Assembly (NCBI GenBank): GCA_964465625.1
Contig: CAYXIC010000001.1
Location: 1-43,550, forward strand
Length of the DNA stretch: 43,550 nt
Source: Candidatus Woesearchaeota archaeon
Lineage (GTDB): Archaea; Nanobdellota; Nanobdellia; Pacearchaeales; GW2011-AR1
Direction of reading: 5' to 3'
Shown here piece after piece: positions 22,607 through 29,135 of the stretch. Position numbers and translations under genes: made by a program. Every line of letters starts with the position of its first letter. Position 1 is the first letter of the stretch. A model generated the notes under the pieces. It did no database searches and was not told the origin of the DNA. It saw nothing but the letters and a program-made list of their open reading frames with translations.

Positions 22607-23011
22607 ATGGCAAATGCAAATTCAGAATTTAATAGAGTAGTCCCTATTTATGGGAAAGAGCATGATTTGGTTGAAATGGTTAGGGGAACACAAATGTATG
22701 GTTCACTTAGAAACTTCAAAGGAGTTTTTATAGGGAAAAATCCAAATGAAACAGATTATTTTTTTAGGGTCAATTTTCCAGAGGGATTTTTGTTTGCAGG
22801 AAGGGATAAAGAAGGTAATTTGGGCATTTACATGCAAAGAAGTGAAGTTTTAACTGAAATGTGGCTGAGTGAGGGAAGTGATGGTCCTTCTTGGCCAGAA
22901 GGAATAGAAGTTAGTAGATTTGAGGGAAAATTGAAAGAATTCGAGAAAAACTATCTTGAAAAAATACTGAAAAAATATGGTGGTAAAATAAAAGATATGG
23001 AGGCTGCATAA
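22607..23011 (+). CDS. orphan ORF E, 134 aa, inserted between uL30 and uL15
   Basis: Starts 1 nt after the uL30 stop (TAAGATG) and ends in a TAAAATG junction to uL15, with GGAGGCTG near its 3' end. About 34% GC (138/405) against about 49% for the first 268 nt of uL15. No motif recognised. Confidence 0.65.
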   Translation: MANANSEFNRVVPIYGKEHDLVEMVRGTQMYGSLRNFKGVFIGKNPNETDYFFRVNFPEGFLFAGRDKEGNLGIYMQRSEVLTEMWLSEGSDGPSWPEGIEVSRFEGKLKEFEKNYLEKILKKYGGKIKDMEAA

Positions 23012-23012
23012 A

Positions 23013-23492
23013 ATGAAACTCAAAAAAAGGAAAAAATCGTCGAGAATGCACGGTCGCGGCATGGGCACTCACGGCTGGGGCGCTAGGAAAAAGCACAAGA
23101 AGAAAGGCCATCGCGGCGGGCATGGAATGGCAGGAACCGGAAAAAGGGCTGACCACAAAAAAACACTTATCAACAAACTTTATGGCCATGGCTATTTCGG
23201 AAAACAAGGCGTTACAAGCAAGGGCACAAAGAGGGACAAGAGCGACAGGATAAACCTCTGGGAAATTGAGGCAAACCTTGACAGCTTCGTAAAAAAAGGG
23301 ACTGCAAAAAAATCAAAAGACGGATTTGAGTTAAATCTAGAAACGTACAAAATTCTTGGCGAGGGAGATTTAAAAAACAAGTTTTTGATAAAAGCCATGG
23401 GTGCGTCGAATTCCGCGGTTGAGAAGGTGAAAAAGGCCGGCGGTGAAATTCAATTTGTCAAGAAACTTAATAAATCAAACAATGCTTCTTGA
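23013..23492 (+). CDS. rpl15: ribosomal protein uL15
   Basis: RKKSSRMHGRGMGTHGWGARKKHKKKGHRGGHGMAGTGKRADHKK is typical L15. Confidence 0.95.
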   Translation: MKLKKRKKSSRMHGRGMGTHGWGARKKHKKKGHRGGHGMAGTGKRADHKKTLINKLYGHGYFGKQGVTSKGTKRDKSDRINLWEIEANLDSFVKKGTAKKSKDGFELNLETYKILGEGDLKNKFLIKAMGASNSAVEKVKKAGGEIQFVKKLNKSNNAS

Positions 23493-23498
23493 TAGCAA

Positions 23499-24938
23499 AT
23501 GGACCTAAGAGACATTTTCAAATATATTCCCGAGGTTTCCAAGCCAGAGGAAAAAAAGCTTGACTTCAGGACAAAGCTGAAGTGGACCTTCGTCGTGCTC
23601 ATTGCGTTTTTCATTTTGGCAAACATACCGCTCTTTGGCTTGACAAACAACGCGCTAAGCAGGTTTGAATACCTGGCAATAATTCTCGGGACAGAATTCG
23701 GAAGCATAATCTCATTGGGTGTTGGCCCGATAGTCATGGCATCCATTATACTCCAGTTGCTCACGGGTTCGGGAATTTTAAGCATAGACGTGACAACAGA
23801 GGACGGAAAAAGGCTGTTCCAGGGGATTCAAAAATTGTTCATTTTCTTCTTCATAATTTTTGAAGCGAGCATTTACGTTTTCATGCAGGGACTTCAGGCA
23901 GCCCCTGGCTTTGCCTATGTGGTAATTTTGCAGCTTATTCTTGGCGGGTTGGCAATTTATTACATGGACGGGCTGACGACAAAATGGGGATTCGGCTCTG
24001 GAGTAAGCCTGTTTATAGGCGCAGGGGTTTCATGGCGCTTGATAACAAGCGCATTCCAGTTTGTCAACCAGCAGGGCGAAAACTGCCTTGCTAATTTTGC
24101 AAATATTCCCTGTTCCGGAAAAGTCCTCGTACTGCTGCAGTCTGTGATAAGCAGGTATCCTGTTGAATTTTGGTCTGCACTTGCCGCGGTAATCTCCACG
24201 CTAGTCGTTTTTTTGCTGGTTGTTTGGGCGCAATCCCTGAAGGTGGAGGTTCCATTGTCGTTCGGAAGGCTTAGGGGATACAGCGTCAAGTGGCCTTTGT
24301 CTTTCTTTTACGCCTCTGTTATCCCTGTAATTTTAACCGCCGCACTTGTTGCGAACATACAGCTTTTCGGGGGAATTTTTGAAAACGCCGCCTCGTCCTG
24401 CATATCGGACACAAGTTCCTGTACTGGATTGTCGAAATTTGCGTCATATTTCAAATTTCTCGGAGGGTTCAATCAAGGTGTTGCAATTTCGGGACTGGCA
24501 TTTTGGATAGGCTCCACAAATCTTCTTGACCTTTTCATCAGGGGAGGCTTTTTGCCCATTTATCTTCTTCAGGGGCTGATTCACACCTTGTTTTTCATGT
24601 TTTTCTCGACGCTGTTTGCGGTCTTCTGGGTAAGGACATCTGGAATGGACGCAAAGACCCAGGCCCACAAGATAGCCTCTTCCGGACTTCAGGTTGCAGG
24701 TTTTCGCCAGGACGAAAGAATACTTGAAAGCATACTTGACAGGTACATTATGCCTCTTACAGTCATGGGGGGATTGGCGATAGGCTTCCTTGCCTCGATC
24801 ACAAATCTTCTCGGAGCCTTGGTTTCGGGAACCGCAATACTTCTGGTGATAATGATAATGTTCCAGTTCTACCAAAACATAGCCCAGCAGCACCAAGTGG
24901 ACATGGCTCCGATAATGAAGAAGTTCATAGGGGGTTAA
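23499..24938 (+). CDS. secY: preprotein translocase subunit SecY
   Basis: 479 aa, about 10 TM helices. The N-terminal KLDFRTKLKWTFVVL...GSIISLGVGPIVMASIILQLL is typical, and it sits after uL15 as expected. Confidence 0.95.
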   Translation: MDLRDIFKYIPEVSKPEEKKLDFRTKLKWTFVVLIAFFILANIPLFGLTNNALSRFEYLAIILGTEFGSIISLGVGPIVMASIILQLLTGSGILSIDVTTEDGKRLFQGIQKLFIFFFIIFEASIYVFMQGLQAAPGFAYVVILQLILGGLAIYYMDGLTTKWGFGSGVSLFIGAGVSWRLITSAFQFVNQQGENCLANFANIPCSGKVLVLLQSVISRYPVEFWSALAAVISTLVVFLLVVWAQSLKVEVPLSFGRLRGYSVKWPLSFFYASVIPVILTAALVANIQLFGGIFENAASSCISDTSSCTGLSKFASYFKFLGGFNQGVAISGLAFWIGSTNLLDLFIRGGFLPIYLLQGLIHTLFFMFFSTLFAVFWVRTSGMDAKTQAHKIASSGLQVAGFRQDERILESILDRYIMPLTVMGGLAIGFLASITNLLGALVSGTAILLVIMIMFQFYQNIAQQHQVDMAPIMKKFIGG

Positions 24939-24941
24939 AGG

Positions 24942-24950
24942 CTTTAAAAA
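24942..24950 (+). promoter_or_regulatory. TATA box, leaderless-type spacing to the DUF106 gene
   Basis: CTTTAAAAA ends 22 nt before ATG 24972. Confidence 0.4.
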
Positions 24951-24971
24951 CCTGGTTGCTTTTTTCATAAA

Positions 24972-25376
24972 ATGGCATTAACAGAGTTAATCGTGGCAAA
25001 TCCAAAAATAGGGATAATTTCGATTTCCTTTTTTGTGACTTTGGCTATGACGCTTGTCACAAAGTTCTTTACAGATCAGACAAGGATGAAGGAGCTGAAG
25101 GAAATACAGAAAAAGCACCAGGAAAAGCTTAAGGAGCACAAGGGTGATTTTGAAAAGCAGAAGGAAATTCAAAGCCAGCTTATGGAATCGTCAATGGAAA
25201 TGATGAAGCATTCGTTCAAACCGCTAATCATAACTTTCCTGCCTATAATCTTCATCTTTGTGTGGATGAAAAATTTATTTGCAGGCACCGCAATCGCCGG
25301 TTCTTGGATATGGTGGTACATAGGCAGCTCAATAATCTTCAGCATAATTCTAAGAAAGGTTTTGAAGGTTGTTTGA
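24972..25376 (+). CDS. DUF106 / EMC3-Oxa1-like membrane insertase homologue (Mj0480 type)
   Basis: TM helix, then a Lys/Glu-rich coiled segment (MKELKEIQKKHQEKLKEHKGDFEKQKEIQSQLMESSMEMMK), then two TM helices. Conserved neighbourhood downstream of secY in archaea. Confidence 0.7.
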   Translation: MALTELIVANPKIGIISISFFVTLAMTLVTKFFTDQTRMKELKEIQKKHQEKLKEHKGDFEKQKEIQSQLMESSMEMMKHSFKPLIITFLPIIFIFVWMKNLFAGTAIAGSWIWWYIGSSIIFSIILRKVLKVV

Positions 25377-25378
25377 GA

Positions 25379-25669
25379 TTAAGGAATATTTAAACGCGCC
25401 TTGAATAATCTTATCTCTTCCTCATTTAAAGGCCTTAATTTAGCAGTGAGTCCTGGGTTGTAGGGATACGCTCTTTTGGGCACCCCTCCTGCAGGGTCAA
25501 ATGGTTCTTTAAATATAGGTTCTGGCCCTCTCACGCTATCTCTCATGCTGCTTACAAGATAACCTAAAGAGGTGCTAACCACGGTGTTTCCACCTATACC
25601 TCCATCCCAAGGCCTGTAATAACCATATTCCCTTGTTTCAGGATTTTGCCACATCATTGTATTTCCCAT
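25379..25669 (-). CDS. hypothetical Gly/Pro/Tyr-rich protein, 96 aa
   Basis: ORF with a TATA-like TTTTATAC about 25 nt upstream of its ATG. No motif recognised. Confidence 0.45.
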   Translation of the reverse strand: MGNTMMWQNPETREYGYYRPWDGGIGGNTVVSTSLGYLVSSMRDSVRGPEPIFKEPFDPAGGVPKRAYPYNPGLTAKLRPLNEEEIRLFKARLNIP

Positions 25670-25741
25670 AAAATAATTTTAATCTTTTCGTATAAAAGCA
25701 TTTCTATATTTAACGGCAATGCTTAAAAGCCAGGATATTTT

Positions 25742-26182
25742 ATGTTTTTAATGCCAGGAAAAAACAATGGACAAGAACATAAACATGACAATCAGCAGGA
25801 AATTCTTTTTCAGCTGAGCATGTTTGAACAGCAAATTCAACAGCTGCAGCAGCAGATTCAGGCTGTTGAAAGGGGCATTATTGAGCTAAAATCTCTGAAC
25901 CTTGACTTGAACGACCTTTCCGGGAAAAAGGACTCGGAGATTTTCGCCTCTGTCGGAAAGGGCATTTTTGCCAAGGCAAAGCTTGTTTCCGAGGAGTTGG
26001 TTGTTGACGTCGGCGGAAAGAGGTTTGTTTCAAAAAGCATTCCTGAAACGCAAAATCTTATTTTGGGGCAGGTAAAAAAGCTTGAGGATGTAAAGAAAGA
26101 GATAAATGACAATATTGAAAGCCTTGGAAAAGAGGCGAGAAAGATTGTTCAAGAATTTAGCGAGGGAAAAGGGAATCAATAA
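25742..26182 (+). CDS. pfdA: prefoldin alpha subunit
   Basis: N- and C-terminal coiled-coil segments flank two beta hairpins (IFASVGKGIFAKAKLVSEELVVDVGGKRFVSKS). The true start may be ATG 25751, which lies about 20 nt after the GCTTAAAAGCC box. Confidence 0.75.
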   Translation: MFLMPGKNNGQEHKHDNQQEILFQLSMFEQQIQQLQQQIQAVERGIIELKSLNLDLNDLSGKKDSEIFASVGKGIFAKAKLVSEELVVDVGGKRFVSKSIPETQNLILGQVKKLEDVKKEINDNIESLGKEARKIVQEFSEGKGNQ

Positions 26183-26275
26183 AAATTCTTAACTAAAAGT
26201 AATTGAAGATAAAAAGTCCGGATTGGATTTACTTATTAGAGATAAAAAAATTAATAATGTAAACGCGATTGGCCA

Positions 26276-27103
26276 TTATCCCTTCCTGACTTTCCTCAAA
26301 AAAGCATCGTAGCTTAATATTCCCAATTCAGAAACAATTCCCGCTATGTACTTTTTAGGCACGAATTCAAATGCAGGGTTTTTTATTTTCACTTTCTTGG
26401 GTGCCTTGTCCCACACCTCGTTCAACGGCCTTTGCTCCATCGGAATTTTCTCCTTTGTGAATTTCCACGAATCCGCAACGACATAAAAGGGTATTTTTTC
26501 CTCTTTTGCAATTCTGGCAACCAACTCTGACCCTACCTTGTTAATCACCCCTTTTTTTAGCAGCGCATCCGCACCTATAAAGACAATTTTGACGTTTTTT
26601 GCGCCCGGCTTTTTTGAAATGGCAATCCCCATTGCCGAATCCACAAACATTGTGACCTTGATTCCCGCATTTCTCAACTCCTTCGCCGTTTTCCTACCCT
26701 GGTACAACGGGCGCGTTTCAGTGTTGTAAACCTGGAATTTTTTCCCGTGTTTTTTTGCATAAATCAGTGCGTTGGAGACATTTGTCGAATGACAATGGGT
26801 AAAAATGACAGAGTTGTCCCTTATCAGATTAAAAACAAGCCTGTTTATTCTTTCCTGCGCATAGTCAAAATGGCCCAAAATTTCCTTTTTCGGGCAATAA
26901 CCTATCATGCCGAGAACTTTCTTCATCATCGGTTCTGTTGGCCTTGAATTCAAAAGAATTTTTTTCGATTTTTCCGAGGGCAAAATAAAATATGCCCTAA
27001 TAGCCTCTTTTGCTATGTTTCTTGCCCCCTGAATCCTCACGCTTTTTATGTCCTTTACAATCCTGCCAAATTTTTTTCTGTTGCCGGAAACGCCTTCTTT
27101 CAT
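26276..27103 (-). CDS. eIF-2B alpha/beta/delta family protein, putative ribose-1,5-bisphosphate isomerase
   Basis: Family pattern seen in GARNIAKEAIRAY, FTHCHSTNV (Cys-containing active-site-like motif) and FIGADALLKKGVINKVGS (GAD motif). Confidence 0.65.
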   Translation of the reverse strand: MKEGVSGNRKKFGRIVKDIKSVRIQGARNIAKEAIRAYFILPSEKSKKILLNSRPTEPMMKKVLGMIGYCPKKEILGHFDYAQERINRLVFNLIRDNSVIFTHCHSTNVSNALIYAKKHGKKFQVYNTETRPLYQGRKTAKELRNAGIKVTMFVDSAMGIAISKKPGAKNVKIVFIGADALLKKGVINKVGSELVARIAKEEKIPFYVVADSWKFTKEKIPMEQRPLNEVWDKAPKKVKIKNPAFEFVPKKYIAGIVSELGILSYDAFLRKVRKG

Positions 27104-27123
27104 TCCATTAAACAGGTATCAAG

Positions 27124-27133
27124 ATTTAAAAAA
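27124..27133 (+). promoter_or_regulatory. TATA box, leaderless-type spacing
   Basis: ATTTAAAAAA ends 21 nt before ATG 27154. Confidence 0.4.
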
Positions 27134-27153
27134 TCTGTTTTTTTATTAGTGTG

Positions 27154-28017
27154 ATGCTTGAATCAATCGTCAATCCGAAAAGAACCGCCAAGGGACCGGT
27201 TAAAATGTTTTTTGTGGGGCTTTTCTATGCCTCATTGTCGATTCTTTTTGTCAAGTTTCTCTTTTCCCAGCAGCCATCCTTTTACCAGTCAGCGGGAATA
27301 TTGGTGGTGTCCTTCTCTGTGTTTTTTTCCATGCCCTTCATGTATTTTCTCATAAAGAAGGAGGAAAAGATTGACGAGAGAATAGAGGGCTTCGTGAGCG
27401 TCTGGAAATTCCACAGGAACGCAATCTATGCCTTTATGTGGCTTTTTCTCGGCTTTCTCGTTGCGTTTTCATTTTGGTACATTGTTTTGCAGGACGCGAA
27501 CTTGCTAAATGCGCAGGTGGAGACTTACTGCTCTATAAACAGCCCTGGAAACATAAACGACTGCATTTTGGATAATTCTCCGAAACAGCAGAGCGTAATA
27601 ACCGGAAATTCTGTTTCAAAGGAGCTGAGGTTTCTTTCCATAATCAGCAACAACATCTACGTGATGATTTTCACCCTTTTGTTCTCGCTTGTCTTTGGGG
27701 CAGGGGCAATATTCATACTTGCCTGGAACGCGAGCGTCATTGCCGCTGCAATAGGCATATTTACAGAGTACAGCCTGAGCGAAGTCCCTTTCGGCATTGC
27801 AAGGTACATGATTCACGGCATACCTGAAATAGCGGCGTATTTCATAACCGCGCTTGCTGGAGGAATACTCGGGATAGGCGTGATAAAAAACGGCATAATG
27901 AACAGAACATTTTTAAGGCTTTTTGAAAATGTCGTAATTTTGCTTTTCATGGGAATTCTGTTTTTGGTTTTGGGGGCTGCAATAGAAGTGTATCTTACCC
28001 CTGTGCTGTTTAATTAG
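27154..28017 (+). CDS. SpoIIM-like (DUF95) integral membrane protein
   Basis: Multi-TM protein with FGAGAIFILAWNASVIAAAIG and ARYMIHGIPEIAAYFITALAGG, which is typical of the family. The track start at 27151 is a GTG one codon upstream. Confidence 0.65.
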   Translation: MLESIVNPKRTAKGPVKMFFVGLFYASLSILFVKFLFSQQPSFYQSAGILVVSFSVFFSMPFMYFLIKKEEKIDERIEGFVSVWKFHRNAIYAFMWLFLGFLVAFSFWYIVLQDANLLNAQVETYCSINSPGNINDCILDNSPKQQSVITGNSVSKELRFLSIISNNIYVMIFTLLFSLVFGAGAIFILAWNASVIAAAIGIFTEYSLSEVPFGIARYMIHGIPEIAAYFITALAGGILGIGVIKNGIMNRTFLRLFENVVILLFMGILFLVLGAAIEVYLTPVLFN

Positions 28018-28027
28018 GCTTCACAAA

Positions 28028-28035
28028 TTTTAAAA
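28028..28035 (+). promoter_or_regulatory. TATA box, leaderless-type spacing
   Basis: TCACAAATTTTAAAAGCC. The TTTTAAAA core ends 23 nt before ATG 28058. A near-identical element occurs at 38251-38267. Confidence 0.5.
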
Positions 28036-28057
28036 GCCGCGAATCACATTTCATTGA

Positions 28058-29065
28058 ATGAACCTGCTGATATTTTTGCCGTTGCTCGCCAGTTTTTTTA
28101 TTGTAATGGCGTTCATGCCATTATGGATAAAAAAAGCCAGAACGAGAAAATTTCTTTGGAACGACATGAACAAGTTTGGTAGCCCGAAAAATGTGGCTGC
28201 CTCCGGGGGCATTGTCGTTGTTTTGGCGTTTGTTTTAGGAGCTTTGACTTATGTAGGATTCAGGACATTTATAGCAAAGGCGTATGACGGGGAGAGTATC
28301 GGAATATTTGCGGCAGTCATAACCATACTTATTCTCGGGCTGGTGGGAATTATCGACGATTTGTGGGGCTGGAAGTCAAAGGGCATGGCAAAAAAATGGA
28401 AGCTTTTGCTGGCATTTTTCGCATCTATCCCGTTGATCGTCATAAATGCCGGCGTGTCCACGATGAACGTTCCGTTTCTTGGGTCTGTAAATTTCGGCTT
28501 GCTTTACCCCTTGCTATTGGTTCCCTTAGGAATCGTTGGCGCTGCAAACGCGTTTAATTTTTTGGCAGGGATGAACTCTCTTGAGGCCACCCAGGGAATA
28601 ATCATTTTGTCGTTCCTGTCCTTTGTTGCATATCTTACCGGATCGGCATGGCTTGCAGTTGTAGGGATGACCATGGTTTTTTCATTGCTTGGGTTTTACA
28701 TCTTCAACAGGTTTCCTGCAAGGGTTTTTCCAGGTGATTCCATGACGCTTAGTGTTGGTGCGCTGGCTGCGATAATGTCCATTCTGGGAAATTTCGAGAA
28801 GATTGCGGTTTTTGTGTTCATTCCCTATATCATTGAGACCGTATTGAAGGCAAGGGGAAAATTGGAGAAGCAGTCTTTCGGCAAGCCAAACAGGGACGGA
28901 AGCCTTGAGTTGCCGGAAGGAAAAGTCTACGGGCTTACGCATTTTGCGATTTACATCCTTAAAAAAATCAAGCCAAACCACAAGGCCTATGAAAAAGAGG
29001 CCGTATATTTGATAAACGCGTTCCAAGTGTTAATTGTCGTCGTTGCATTTTTGCTGTTTTTTTAA
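28058..29065 (+). CDS. GT4-family polyprenyl-phosphate GlcNAc-1-phosphate transferase (AglH/WecA/MraY-like)
   Basis: About 10 TM helices with IIDDLWGWKSKG and NAFNFLAGMNSLEA motifs, as in archaeal AglH-type transferases. Adjacent to aglB. Confidence 0.8.
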   Translation: MNLLIFLPLLASFFIVMAFMPLWIKKARTRKFLWNDMNKFGSPKNVAASGGIVVVLAFVLGALTYVGFRTFIAKAYDGESIGIFAAVITILILGLVGIIDDLWGWKSKGMAKKWKLLLAFFASIPLIVINAGVSTMNVPFLGSVNFGLLYPLLLVPLGIVGAANAFNFLAGMNSLEATQGIIILSFLSFVAYLTGSAWLAVVGMTMVFSLLGFYIFNRFPARVFPGDSMTLSVGALAAIMSILGNFEKIAVFVFIPYIIETVLKARGKLEKQSFGKPNRDGSLELPEGKVYGLTHFAIYILKKIKPNHKAYEKEAVYLINAFQVLIVVVAFLLFF

Positions 29066-29107
29066 GAGGATTGCCGTTTGTTTAAGGTATACAGCCTATA
29101 ACTAACT

Positions 29108-29116
29108 TTTTAAAGA
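29108..29116 (+). promoter_or_regulatory. TATA box, leaderless-type spacing
   Basis: TTTTTAAAG ends 20 nt before ATG 29136. Confidence 0.4.
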
Positions 29117-29135
29117 AAAATCTCCTAAAAAAAAG

